DNA from: Dehalococcoidia bacterium
GTDB taxonomy: Bacteria > Chloroflexota > Dehalococcoidia > Lucifugimonadales > UBA1127
Reading direction: 5' to 3'
Length of the DNA: 64,000 nucleotides
NCBI GenBank assembly: GCA_034422455.1
Contig: DAOUJQ010000013.1
Location: 17,632 to 81,631, forward strand
Position numbers and translations under genes: made by a program
The notes under the pieces: generated by a model
The model's database searches: none
What the model was told of the DNA's origin: nothing
What the model saw: the letters and a program-made list of their open reading frames with translations, nothing else
Shown: piece by piece, positions 52,071-61,482 of the stretch
Position numbering within the stretch: position 1 is the stretch's first letter
How the letters are laid out: each line of letters opens with the position of its first letter

Positions 52071-54677
52071 ATGCAGGCCCGTCGAGTCCGATGGTTGCTG
52101 AGTCTGGGCGTCGTCTTGCTCCTCGCCGTCGCGTGGGGCGCCGGAAGCGCGCTCGCGGCGGAGCCTGGGCAGTCGCAGAAGGGCCCCGCGGTGGACAAGG
52201 TCTACTTCAAGGCCTTCCACGTCGACCGCGCCCCGCTCGACCTCGAGCAGGGCAACATGGACCTCTACCTCTTCGGCCTCAAGACCGCCGCCGCCACGGA
52301 GCTCCGCGACTCGGACGACCTCCAGATCTTCGAGGCCCCGGCCACCACGCTGTCCATCATCCTGAACCCGGCCGAGGCGCCGGAGGGCCAGCTCAACCCC
52401 TTCTCCATCCGTGAGGTCCGCTGGGCCGTCCAGCACCTCATCAACCGCGACTTCGTGGCGGGCGAGATCTATCGCGGCATGGCCGACCCCATGGTCACCC
52501 ACGTCAGCCCCTCGGACTTCGACCAGCTCACCGTCTTCGACCTCATCCGCGAGCTGAACATCCGCTACGACCCCGAGTTCGCCCGCGGCCTCATCCAGTC
52601 GGCGATGACCGGCGCCGGCGCCGAGATGCGCGACGGCGTCTGGCACTACAATGACCGCCCCATCCGCCTCAAGTTCATCATCCGCATCGAGGACGAGCGC
52701 CGGGAGATCGGCGACCTCCTCCGCGCGGAGCTGCGCGAGGCCGGCTTCCAGGTGGACCCCGTCTACCAGAACTTCGCTCCGGCCATCCTGACCGTCTACT
52801 CCTCCAACCCCCAGGTCTTCGACTGGCACCTCTACACGGAGGGGTGGGGCCGCTCCGCCCCCGTCCGCTATGACTACTCCTCCATCAACCAGTTCACCGC
52901 CCCCTGGACCGGCGGCATGCCCGGCTGGCGGGAGGCCGGCTTCTGGCAGTACGAGAACGAGGAGCTCGACGCGATCGGCCAGCGCATCTTCACCGGCGAG
53001 TTCAGCAACCTGGAGGAGCGCAACCAGCTCTACGAGCGGGCGACGCGCATCGCAGTCGAGGAGTCCGTCCGCCTCTGGGTCGCGACGGTGCAGAACAGCT
53101 TTGCGGCCAACAGCGGGCTGACGGGGGTCACGCAGGACCTCGTGGCCGGCCCCAAGGCGCCCTGGACCCTGCGCGAGGCCGAGGTCCCCGGCCAGAGCGA
53201 GCTCACCGTCGGCCACCTGTGGGTGTGGACGGAGCGCACCACGTGGAACCCCGTCGGCGGCTTCGGCGACGTCTACAGCACGGACATCTGGCGCAACATC
53301 GCCGACCCGGCCATCTGGAACCACCCCTTCTCCGGCGTGCCGCAGCCCGTCCGCGCGTCCTTCGACATCGAGACCGCCGGCCCGTCGGGTAAGCTGTCCG
53401 TGCCCTCGGACGCTGTCATCCTCGACCCCGGGTCGGACGCGTGGGTCCGCGTGCCCGGCGGCACGCAGGCCACCAGCAAGGTGACCTTCGACTACAGCAA
53501 GTATTTCTCCGCCGACTGGCACCACGGCATAGACATCACCATGGCGGACGTCCTCTACTCCATCTACCAGAGCTTCGACATGACCTACGACACGGAGAAG
53601 TCGAAGATCGAGCGCGCCATCGCCGTGACGGCCAAGCCCTTCCTGGACACCTTCAAGGCCATCCGCGTCGTGGACGACAACCGGCTGGAGGTCTACGTCG
53701 ACTTCTGGCACTTCGAGGAGAACTACATCGCCTCCTACGCCAGCCCCTCGGCCGTGTCTATGCCGTGGGAGGTCCTCGCGGCCATGGACGACCTCGTCTT
53801 CGCGCAGCGCCGCGCAGCCTACAGCGACACCGCCGCCGCCCGCTTCGACGTGCCGTGGATCAGCCTCGTGCAGGACCGCGACTCCCGCCTCGTGCGTACC
53901 ACGCTGCTGAAGTTCCAGCGCGAGGACACTCTCCCGGAGAGCGTCTTCACCGTCAACGGCAGGAGCTACGCCTCGGCGAGTGAGGCGCAGGCCCGCTACC
54001 AGGCCGTCATCGACTGGTTCAAAGAGCACAACCTCATGGTCATCAGCAACGGCCCGTTCATGCTCACGCGCTACGACCCGCCGGCCCAGTTCGCCGAGCT
54101 GACGGCCAACCGCCACCCGGACTACCCCTTCTCCAGGGGCGACTTCAGCTTCGGCGAGGCCGAGCTCGTGCGGCTCTCCGACACGCCGTCGGCGCCGCTG
54201 CAGATCGGCGCGGCGAACACGCTCACCGTGCAGGTCGACGGCCCCGGCGCCCTCGGCCTCCAGTACACCCTGTTCGACCCGGCGGAGAACCGCGTCGTGG
54301 CGATGGGCCAGGCGCAACCCGGCGCGGGCGGCGCGTTCACCATCGCGCTCGACCAGTCCATCGGCGACAACCTGCAGCCCGGCCTGTACCAGCTCTTCCT
54401 CGGCGGCTACAGCGACGCCGTTTCCAGCATGACCCAGCGCCGCATCGACCTGGAGGCCTCGCTGGACGCCCCGGCCCCCACCACGCCCACGACGCCGTCG
54501 ACGGACACGGCGCAGCCGGAGGCCACCTCCGCCCCCGCCGAGCAGCCTGAGACCCGCACGCCGACCCAGCAGGACACGGGCGGCGGCTGCGGCCGCGCGG
54601 AGGGCACGGACTCCGTCTACGCGTTGGCTGCGCTGGCGTTGGTGGGGCTGGTGTTCCGGCGGCGGATCTGGCGGTAG
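52071..54677 (+). CDS. ABC transporter substrate-binding protein (family 5, Opp/Dpp-like), enlarged, with a C-terminal anchor-like signal
   Basis: ORF track, 868 aa. It has a signal peptide and SBP_bac_5-like regions. The C-terminus reads GGGCGRAEGTDSVYALAALALVGLVFRRRIWR. Confidence 0.8.
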   Translation: MQARRVRWLLSLGVVLLLAVAWGAGSALAAEPGQSQKGPAVDKVYFKAFHVDRAPLDLEQGNMDLYLFGLKTAAATELRDSDDLQIFEAPATTLSIILNPAEAPEGQLNPFSIREVRWAVQHLINRDFVAGEIYRGMADPMVTHVSPSDFDQLTVFDLIRELNIRYDPEFARGLIQSAMTGAGAEMRDGVWHYNDRPIRLKFIIRIEDERREIGDLLRAELREAGFQVDPVYQNFAPAILTVYSSNPQVFDWHLYTEGWGRSAPVRYDYSSINQFTAPWTGGMPGWREAGFWQYENEELDAIGQRIFTGEFSNLEERNQLYERATRIAVEESVRLWVATVQNSFAANSGLTGVTQDLVAGPKAPWTLREAEVPGQSELTVGHLWVWTERTTWNPVGGFGDVYSTDIWRNIADPAIWNHPFSGVPQPVRASFDIETAGPSGKLSVPSDAVILDPGSDAWVRVPGGTQATSKVTFDYSKYFSADWHHGIDITMADVLYSIYQSFDMTYDTEKSKIERAIAVTAKPFLDTFKAIRVVDDNRLEVYVDFWHFEENYIASYASPSAVSMPWEVLAAMDDLVFAQRRAAYSDTAAARFDVPWISLVQDRDSRLVRTTLLKFQREDTLPESVFTVNGRSYASASEAQARYQAVIDWFKEHNLMVISNGPFMLTRYDPPAQFAELTANRHPDYPFSRGDFSFGEAELVRLSDTPSAPLQIGAANTLTVQVDGPGALGLQYTLFDPAENRVVAMGQAQPGAGGAFTIALDQSIGDNLQPGLYQLFLGGYSDAVSSMTQRRIDLEASLDAPAPTTPTTPSTDTAQPEATSAPAEQPETRTPTQQDTGGGCGRAEGTDSVYALAALALVGLVFRRRIWR

Positions 54678-54798
54678 CCCCCGCCCTCTCATACCGGTGC
54701 ATGGGCCCCCCCGTACCCCGATACGGGGCCGGCATCCAGAAACCCCGCGCCCAACGGTCGCCCCGTTCGTCCTGAGGGAAATCGAAGGATGAACGGGG
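54678..54798. repeat. Expanded C (reverse) + A (reverse)
   Basis: CCCTCTCATACCGG...CCGGCATCCAGAAACCCC (54678-54749) and CCCCGTTCGTCCTGAGGGAAATCGAAGGATGAACGGGG (54761-54798). Confidence 0.8.
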
Positions 54799-54842
54799 CG
54801 CATCTGGCGGTAGCGTTTGGCGCTCCGGAGAGGCCGTACCAA

Positions 54843-54871
54843 TTGACCCCGCACTCCCGGAAGACTAAACT
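54843..54871 (+). promoter_or_regulatory. Sigma70-like promoter (TTGACC-17-TAAACT) of the two-gene cassette
   Basis: TTGACC lies at 54843-54848 and TAAACT at 54866-54871. Confidence 0.5.
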
Positions 54872-54960
54872 CCATCGGCTGGGCGGCCCTTGCCGCTGTG
54901 CATTGCCTGTCAGTGCACACACGGTATTCGGCGCGGGTTGCCAATGAAGGAGAATGTGCT

Positions 54961-55335
54961 ATGGGTATGCGCTACAGTGGCGTGTCCCGGGTTCCACGCA
55001 ATCGAATACCGGACGGCCTGCATTTCCCTCTGGAAACCGAGTGTGCGTTGACATCGTTTCGGAGGGAGGTCCTGAATTCAATTTATCGTACCGCGCTCGA
55101 CCTGTCCGGAGAGCGTCTGGCATCCGCCGGAGTCTCACTGACCAGTACGCCTGACGAGGAAGAATCCTCGCACCTGGACTTGACGCTAACCCTGAACGCC
55201 GACTGGGACGCCGCGCAAGAGTTGGCTCAGGGCATCCTCGACAGGGTGAGCGACTGGTCCAAGGAGTGGTCGGAAGAAGAACGGCAAGACTACGGTCGGT
55301 GGATATACTTCGGCGTAATTCCGGCTGGCCTGTGA
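54961..55335 (+). CDS. Hypothetical protein (cassette gene 1; possible degenerate MNT-like fold)
   Basis: ORF 54898-55335 trimmed to ATG 54961, which follows GAAGGAGAA. It is AT-richer. SSHLDLTLTL loosely resembles the SDIDL strand of minimal nucleotidyltransferases. Confidence 0.5.
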   Translation: MGMRYSGVSRVPRNRIPDGLHFPLETECALTSFRREVLNSIYRTALDLSGERLASAGVSLTSTPDEEESSHLDLTLTLNADWDAAQELAQGILDRVSDWSKEWSEEERQDYGRWIYFGVIPAGL

Positions 55336-55757
55336 AGCCTATTGAGATCTATCGCCTGGGTGTGGCGGAAGCTCCGAACGCCTCTTCGGAAGCGCAGCAA
55401 CGAATGCTTGTCGGACGCGTGTACTATGGGCTGCACCACGAGGCTTGCTGCCGGTACTTCCGCGACGAGCCGACTTCCATCCCTTTGACCCGAACTAGCA
55501 GGCACATTGACCTTTGCACACGGTACAACGCCTTGAGCGACTCCAGGGCTAGGAGGGTTGGACAACTGCTCAATGACCTGCGCGTGCTTCGCTCACAAGC
55601 CGACTATGAGCTTGGGCAAATCTCGTATAGGGGCCGAACGCTGACCGGGGCTGGGTGCTTGGATACGGCGCTTCGGTTGGGACGGGAACTCTTGCAGCAT
55701 CTTGATTCTTACTTCCCCGGCGAGGCATCCGACAGCTGCAATTGCCCTACGCAGTAG
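55332..55757 (+). CDS. Hypothetical all-helical protein (cassette gene 2; possible HEPN-like)
   Basis: This lies in the frame of ORF 55266-55757. GTG 55332 overlaps the upstream stop (GTGA). LRVLRSQADYE resembles the RxxxxY/H motif of HEPN domains. Confidence 0.45.
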   Translation: MKPIEIYRLGVAEAPNASSEAQQRMLVGRVYYGLHHEACCRYFRDEPTSIPLTRTSRHIDLCTRYNALSDSRARRVGQLLNDLRVLRSQADYELGQISYRGRTLTGAGCLDTALRLGRELLQHLDSYFPGEASDSCNCPTQ

Positions 55758-55907
55758 TTCAACCAATGTTCACGGAGTAACTGCCACCACCCCCTTTCCC
55801 CGCCGCTCTCCTCCCCTCTACCCTCTTCCCATGAGCGCCAGAATCATCGGTCCCGAACAGCAGGACGCCACCCTCTTCCCCTGCTTGCTGCGGCCGCCTG
55901 ATCGGCC

Positions 55908-56025
55908 GGGAATTGTTTCTGCTGGGCGCGATTTTTTGTGTCGTAGCTGAAGTGCGCCACATCGGCTACAAGACGAAGACCAAACAGAACGCCCCTCAGC
56001 TACGAAAAACGAAGATACAATTCCC
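55908..56025 (+). repeat. Element E, third clear copy (118 nt), upstream of the ABC permease genes
   Basis: The termini GGGAATTGT (55908-55916) and ACAATTCCC (56017-56025) pair. An inner perfect 10-bp inverted repeat is TCGTAGCTGA (55941-55950) / TCAGCTACGA (55996-56005). It shares the TTTT(C/G)TGT...GCTG...ACAAGACGAA core with copies 1 and 2. Confidence 0.7.
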
Positions 56026-56072
56026 CGCTCGCCAGATAGGAGAGCGCCGGCTCTGGGCCGTCCGCTATACTG

Positions 56073-57170
56073 GTGCCGGCGGCCCCGCCCCCATCACCCT
56101 TACGGAGGAGCCCGTTGGCCCTTGTCCGCACCCTCGGCCTGCGCGCCGCGACACTGCTGGGCGTCCTGCTCACCGTGCTCGTCCTGCTGGTGGTCACCCT
56201 CGGCTCCACTGGCTTCTCCGACCGCATCCTGACCGCCGTCATCAACGAGGAGATCCGCGCCCTCCGCACGGCGCAGGCCACCCAGGCCCGCGACACCGAG
56301 GCCCTCGAGCAGGCGATTGAGGTCCGCCGCCAGGAGCTCATCGAGTTCTACGACCTCGACAAGGCGTGGTGGCAGCGCATGCCCGCCACCGTCTACCGCG
56401 TCATCACCCTCGACCTCGGCGAGGCCCGCACGCTGCGCAGCTCCGACGGCAGCCGCCGCGTGTCCGACATCGTGCTGGAGCGCCTGCCCAACACCGCGTT
56501 GCTGCTGACGACGAGCCTCGTCATCACCGCCGTCATCGGCCTCGCCGTCGGCGTCAAGATGGCGACGCGCGTCGGCACCCGCCTCGACCGCGTCGTGTCC
56601 TTCGGCGCCGCCGTCTCCTTCGCCCTGCCCGCGTGGTGGACGGGCATCCTGCTGATCCTGCTTCTGTCCTTCCAGTTCAACGTCCTGCCGAGCGGAGGCA
56701 TGTTCAGCACCCCGCCCCCCGAGGGCGGCATCGCCCGCTTCTTCGACCTGCTGAAGCACGCGATCCTCCCCATCATCACCCTCGTGCTCGTCAGCGTCGG
56801 CCCGTACCTCTACTCCGTGCGCACGATGACCCTGAACGTCGCGCAGGAGGACCACGTGCTCGTCGCCCGCGCCAAGGGCCTTGCCGAGAGCGCCGTCATG
56901 CGGCAGCACATCCTGCGCGTGGCCGCCCCGCCCATCGTCACGGGCCTCATCCTCAGCCTTGTCGGCTCCCTCGGCGGCTCCATCCTCGTCGAGACCGTCT
57001 TCAACTGGAACGGCATGGGCCGCCTCTACTTCGAGGCCGTCGCCGGCACGCCCGACGAGGGCCTCATCGTCGCCCTCACCTTCATCTTCACGCTCATGTA
57101 CGTGGCGGCCCGGTTTGTGTTGGAGGTCCTCTACCTCCTGCTTGACCCAAGGGTACGGTACACCGGATGA
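56073..57170 (+). CDS. ABC transporter permease (DppB/OppB-like)
   Basis: ORF track, 365 aa, GTG start. Has an EAA-like loop (VARAKGLAESAVMRQHILRVAAPP). Confidence 0.9.
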   Translation: MPAAPPPSPLRRSPLALVRTLGLRAATLLGVLLTVLVLLVVTLGSTGFSDRILTAVINEEIRALRTAQATQARDTEALEQAIEVRRQELIEFYDLDKAWWQRMPATVYRVITLDLGEARTLRSSDGSRRVSDIVLERLPNTALLLTTSLVITAVIGLAVGVKMATRVGTRLDRVVSFGAAVSFALPAWWTGILLILLLSFQFNVLPSGGMFSTPPPEGGIARFFDLLKHAILPIITLVLVSVGPYLYSVRTMTLNVAQEDHVLVARAKGLAESAVMRQHILRVAAPPIVTGLILSLVGSLGGSILVETVFNWNGMGRLYFEAVAGTPDEGLIVALTFIFTLMYVAARFVLEVLYLLLDPRVRYTG

Positions 57171-58606
57171 ACACCAGCCTCAGCGGAGCAGTGCGTGTCC
57201 TGGTGGGCAGCTCCATCGGCAAGGCGGGGCTCACCCTGCTGGCCTTCCTGGTCGCCGTGTCCGTATGGGTGCTGGTCACCTACCCGCTCGACTTCGGCAC
57301 CCGCGAGTGGAGCAACCCGGCCGTGTGGGCCGACAACCCCAAGGCCGTGCCGCCGACGTGGGTGAACGTCCTGCCCGGCTCCGACCACGTCGCCCACGCC
57401 ACCCTCGAGTCCGGCCCTCCCGCCGAGGTGAAGCAGGCCGGCAACGTGAAGGCGGAGACCTACCGGCTGCCCCTGTCGCACACCTTCAACGCCTTCCCCA
57501 CCTTCGTGTCCTTCTCGCTCGACACTGTGACGTTCAGCGGCCGGCCGCCGCTGATCACCCTGTCGCTGGAGCGGCCCGACGGCGGCACGGTGCGCCTCGT
57601 GCAGCACGTGCCCACCGGCGGGCGCGACGGCGAAGCCGCCCCCTTCGTGCGCTACCTCGACACGCCCCTGCGCGTCCTGCTCGGCACGGACGAGACCGTC
57701 CGCTCCGCCCTCGCCGATTACCACAACGAGCGCTACGGCACGTCGTTCGACGAGCGCGACCTGCGCGGCTTCGGCGACCACGCCGCCTTCGGCACGCCCG
57801 TCCCCGGCGGCGACGTCGCCTTCGAGCCGCTGCAGGGCGAGTACACCTTCGTCGTGGAGGCCACCTTCGCCAACGCCGACGACAGCCTTGACGGCGTCAG
57901 GATCGTGGTCGGCGGCGACGTCTTCGGCGGCATGGGGTCGGACTCGCAGGGCCGCGACCTGTTCGTAGGCCTCCTCTTCGGCTTCCCCGTCGCCCTCTTC
58001 ATCGGCCTGCTGGCCTCCACCCTGACGACGGCCATCGGCGCGTCGCTCGGCATCATGAGCGGCTACCTCGGCGGCTGGGTCGACACCGCCATCCAGCGCC
58101 TCGCCGACGTGGTGGCGAACGTGCCCCTGCTGCCCATCCTGATCTTCATGGTCATCGTCCTCGGCTCCAACCTGTTGCTCATCATCCTTGTGCTCGTTGC
58201 GTTCAGCTGGCCCGGCCTCACCATCCTCATCCGAAGCATGGTGCTGCAGCTCCGCTCCGGCCAGCTCGTGGAGGCGACGAAGGCCCTTGGGGCGTCCCAG
58301 CGGCGGGTCATGCTGCGGCACATCTTCCCGCAGACGGCGCCCTACGTCTTCGCGCAGATGATCTTCTTCACGCCCGCCGCCATCCTCGCCGAGGCCGGCC
58401 TCAGCTTCCTCGGGCTCGGCGACCCGTCCATCCCCACGTGGGGGCAGATACTGGAGCAGGGCTTCCGCACCGGCGCGGTGTACGTCGGCTACTGGTGGTG
58501 GGTGCTGCCGCCAGGCCTGCTCATCGTCCTTACGGCGATGGCCTTCGTCCTCCTTGCCCTCGCCATCGAGCCCGTCCTGAACCCGCGCCTCCGCACCATG
58601 CGATAA
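57167..58606 (+). CDS. ABC transporter permease (DppC/OppC-like) with a long extracytoplasmic N-terminal region
   Basis: ORF track, 479 aa. The ATGA overlap with the upstream permease suggests coupling. The EAA-like loop is EATKALGASQRRVMLRHIFPQTAP. Confidence 0.9.
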   Translation: MNTSLSGAVRVLVGSSIGKAGLTLLAFLVAVSVWVLVTYPLDFGTREWSNPAVWADNPKAVPPTWVNVLPGSDHVAHATLESGPPAEVKQAGNVKAETYRLPLSHTFNAFPTFVSFSLDTVTFSGRPPLITLSLERPDGGTVRLVQHVPTGGRDGEAAPFVRYLDTPLRVLLGTDETVRSALADYHNERYGTSFDERDLRGFGDHAAFGTPVPGGDVAFEPLQGEYTFVVEATFANADDSLDGVRIVVGGDVFGGMGSDSQGRDLFVGLLFGFPVALFIGLLASTLTTAIGASLGIMSGYLGGWVDTAIQRLADVVANVPLLPILIFMVIVLGSNLLLIILVLVAFSWPGLTILIRSMVLQLRSGQLVEATKALGASQRRVMLRHIFPQTAPYVFAQMIFFTPAAILAEAGLSFLGLGDPSIPTWGQILEQGFRTGAVYVGYWWWVLPPGLLIVLTAMAFVLLALAIEPVLNPRLRTMR

Positions 58607-58665
58607 CGCCGCAAATCCCCCGTGGGATCGCGCGTTCCGCATGCCCGTTGCCGTATACTGTCCCC

Positions 58666-58941
58666 ATGCTCTTCCGCGTCACCGAAGCCGCCCTTGAAGC
58701 CCTCCTCGAGGGGCGCATCGCCGAGAACCACCCCTCCGGCCAGGTCATGCGCGTCATCTGGGACGGCGACGACCTCGCCTTCGAGATGGACGAGCCGGAC
58801 CTCCTCGACATGGTCTTCCGCTGCGACGGCGAGCCCGTCCTCCTGGTCGACCCCGACATGAACGCCGACCTCGGCGACATGACCCTCGACGTCGCCGCCG
58901 ATGACGAGGGGTTCAGCTTCTTCCTCATGCCAACCGACTAG
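58666..58941 (+). CDS. Small HesB/IscA-fold-like protein lacking the Cys ligands, hypothetical
   Basis: This lies in the frame of ORF 58438-58941, from ATG 58666. MLFRVTEAALEALLEG...VLLVDPDMNADLGDMTLDV resembles the IscA-like beta-sandwich pattern. Confidence 0.45.
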   Translation: MLFRVTEAALEALLEGRIAENHPSGQVMRVIWDGDDLAFEMDEPDLLDMVFRCDGEPVLLVDPDMNADLGDMTLDVAADDEGFSFFLMPTD

Positions 58942-58958
58942 CCGCCGCGCGCCGCCCT

Positions 58959-58982
58959 CCGTTCGCGCTGGGCCGTCGAAGC
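58959..58982. repeat. Module D variant (reverse)
   Basis: CCGTTCGCGCTGGGCCGTCGAAGC. Confidence 0.5.
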
Positions 58983-59107
58983 ACGCCCGACCTTGACACC
59001 CCTCCGGCGCTTGGCGAACCTATCGTCCACCGAAATGGCCTCCTGCGACCCGCGACGGGTCAGGGCCGCCGGCCTGCGGGCCTCACACCACGCAAAGGAG
59101 AGACGAC

Positions 59108-60184
59108 ATGGGCTTCGCCGTGCACGGAAACCACGGGGTGACCTACTGGGAGAAGGACCGCACCTTCAACGGCGTCACGCTCTACAGCACCTTCGGCAGC
59201 CCCAGGACCAGGCTCATCAACATGGACGGAGACGTGGTGCACGAGTGGACAGCCCCGGACCCCGCCAAGCCCTTCTTCGGCTACCTCCGGGACAACGGCA
59301 ACCTCCTCGTCCGGTGCTTCGACGGCTCGGAGCCGTACACCTACGGCGGCAACGGCGGCGTCCTCGTGGAGCTCGACTGGGACAGCAACGTCCTCTGGCG
59401 CTACGACAACCCGGTCATCCACCACGACCACATCGTCCTGCGCAACGGCAACATCATGGTCATCGGCTGGGAGCCCCTCACGTCGGAGGAGAAGGACCTG
59501 GTGCAGGGCGGCTACGAAGAGCTCGACGACGAGGGCAACCTCAAGGAGATGCTCTGCGACTTCCTCCTGGAGCTGACGCCGGACCGGCAGGTCGTCTGGG
59601 AGTGGCACGGGAAGGACAGGCTGGACCCCGCGCAGGACGTCATCTGCCACATGGACACCCGCAACGAGTGGACGCACTGCAACGCCGTCCTGGAGCTGCC
59701 GGACGGCAACATCTGCCTCAGCTTCCGGCAGACGAGCCAGCTCATCTTCATCGACAAGGCGACCGGCGATGTCTACTGGCGCTTCGGCCCCGGCGAGCTC
59801 TTCCACCAGCACAACCCCACGCTGCTGGAGAACGGCAACCTCCTGGTCTTCGACAACGGCGAGCACCGGCCGAGGCCGTCGGCAACCTCGCGCGTCGTGG
59901 AGCTTGACCCCGCCACGAAGGAGATCGTATGGGAGTACAAGGGCGACCCCACGGCCTCCTTCTACAGCACGCACATCAGCGGCGCCCAGCGCCTCCCCAA
60001 CGGCAACACCCTCATCTGCGAGGGCCGCCCCGGACGGTTCTTCGAAATAACGCCGGAAAAGGACCTCGTCTGGGAGTTCATGAACCCGGAGATCCTGGAG
60101 TTCCGCGAGGAGAAGTTCAACCGCGCCGTCTTCCGCGCCCGCCGCTACGCTGTCGACGGCCCGGAGGTGCGCGGCCGCGTATAG
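59108..60184 (+). CDS. Arylsulfotransferase (ASST)-like beta-propeller protein, paralog 1
   Basis: ORF track, 358 aa. It has repeated xNGNxLx blades (DNGNLLV, RNGNIMV, PDGNICL, ENGNLLVFDNG, PNGNTLI) and HHDH. There is no signal peptide. Confidence 0.7.
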   Translation: MGFAVHGNHGVTYWEKDRTFNGVTLYSTFGSPRTRLINMDGDVVHEWTAPDPAKPFFGYLRDNGNLLVRCFDGSEPYTYGGNGGVLVELDWDSNVLWRYDNPVIHHDHIVLRNGNIMVIGWEPLTSEEKDLVQGGYEELDDEGNLKEMLCDFLLELTPDRQVVWEWHGKDRLDPAQDVICHMDTRNEWTHCNAVLELPDGNICLSFRQTSQLIFIDKATGDVYWRFGPGELFHQHNPTLLENGNLLVFDNGEHRPRPSATSRVVELDPATKEIVWEYKGDPTASFYSTHISGAQRLPNGNTLICEGRPGRFFEITPEKDLVWEFMNPEILEFREEKFNRAVFRARRYAVDGPEVRGRV

Positions 60185-60285
60185 CCGCCCGACGCTCGCC
60201 CGTTCTTGACATTCGCATGGCCGAGGGCGCACCTTGCCGCCATTCCCCCCACCCGACCCGTGCAATACGGGGAAGGAGATCGCAC

Positions 60286-61359
60286 ATGGGCTTCCCGATC
60301 TACGGCCCGAAGGGCGTCACGCACTGGGACAGGGAGAACGCCTACCCCGGCGTCACGCTCTACACCACCATCGGCGGCGAGCGAGTGCATCTCGTCGACA
60401 TGGACGGGATGGTGGTCCACGAGTGGACGCCGCCGGAGGGGATGAAGCCCTTCTACGGCTTCCTCCGCGACAACGGCAACCTCCTCGTGCGCTGCCACAC
60501 CGGCACGGAGCCGTGGCAGATGGGCGGCTTCGCGGGCATCATGCTGGAGCAGGACTGGGACGGCAACGTCCTCTGGCGCTACGACAACCCGGTCATGCAC
60601 CATGACCACATCGTCCTGCGCAACGGCAACATCATGGTCATCGGCTGGGAGGTCATACCGCCGGAGGTGGCGGCAAGGGTGCAGGGCGGCGTGCTCTCGG
60701 CCCCGGACGGCGGTCCGGGCGAGATGCTTGGCGACTTCCTCCTGGAGCTCACGCCCGACAAGGAAGTCGTATGGGAATGGCACGGCCACGAGAAGCTGGA
60801 CCCGGCGCAGGAGGTCATCTGCCCCCGTGAGGCCCGCCACGAGTGGACCCACTGCAACGCCGTCATCGAGCTCGCCGACGGCAACATCTGCCTGAGCTTC
60901 CGGCAGACCAGCCAGGTCATCTTCATCGACAAGGCCACGGGCGACGTCACCTGGCGCTTCGGCCCCGGCGAGCTCGTCCACCAGCACAACCCCACGCAGC
61001 TCGCCAACGGCAACCTGCTCATCTTCGACAACGGCGAGCACCGCCCCGGCCCCGGCATGTACTCCCGCGTCGTGGAGGTCAACCCGGCCACGGAAGAGAT
61101 CGAGTGGCAGTTCCGCGGCGACCCGGCGCTCTCCTTCTTCAGCAACGGCATCAGCAGCGCCCAGCGTCTAGCCAACGGCAACACCTTCATCTGCGATGGC
61201 CGCACGGGCCGCCTCTTCGAGGTCACGATGGACGGCGACGTCGTCTGGGAGTTCATCAACCCGGAGGAGGCCCCCTGGCGCACCGAGAAGCGCAACCGCG
61301 CCGTCTTCCGCGCCATCCGCTACCCCGTCGACGGCCCGGAGGTGCGCGGCCGGGTGTAG
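60286..61359 (+). CDS. Arylsulfotransferase (ASST)-like beta-propeller protein, paralog 2
   Basis: This is the 3' part of ORF 59929-61359, from ATG 60286, which follows GGAAGGAGA. It is colinear with paralog 1. Confidence 0.7.
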   Translation: MGFPIYGPKGVTHWDRENAYPGVTLYTTIGGERVHLVDMDGMVVHEWTPPEGMKPFYGFLRDNGNLLVRCHTGTEPWQMGGFAGIMLEQDWDGNVLWRYDNPVMHHDHIVLRNGNIMVIGWEVIPPEVAARVQGGVLSAPDGGPGEMLGDFLLELTPDKEVVWEWHGHEKLDPAQEVICPREARHEWTHCNAVIELADGNICLSFRQTSQVIFIDKATGDVTWRFGPGELVHQHNPTQLANGNLLIFDNGEHRPGPGMYSRVVEVNPATEEIEWQFRGDPALSFFSNGISSAQRLANGNTFICDGRTGRLFEVTMDGDVVWEFINPEEAPWRTEKRNRAVFRAIRYPVDGPEVRGRV

Positions 61360-61482
61360 CTGATCCGACGCAGCAGCATCGCCTCCGTTCAACGGCCTTG
61401 ACACCCTTGGCAGGCTCGGCGAACCTAGCGCGCAATCCTTTGGCCAGGTTACGCGCACGATCGGCCCGAAAGGAGCGGACAC

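Noticed and set aside
51666-54944. A 1092-aa minus-strand ORF, and similar very long antisense ORFs (8586-9932, 49513-51987, 10077-11435, 13751-15118, 38673-40061, 57131-58642).
   Set aside because: They lie opposite genes with clear family signatures. They have Arg/Gly/Ala/Pro-dominated low-information sequence typical of antisense frames in GC-rich DNA, and they lack RBS-start contexts. I treated them as shadow ORFs.
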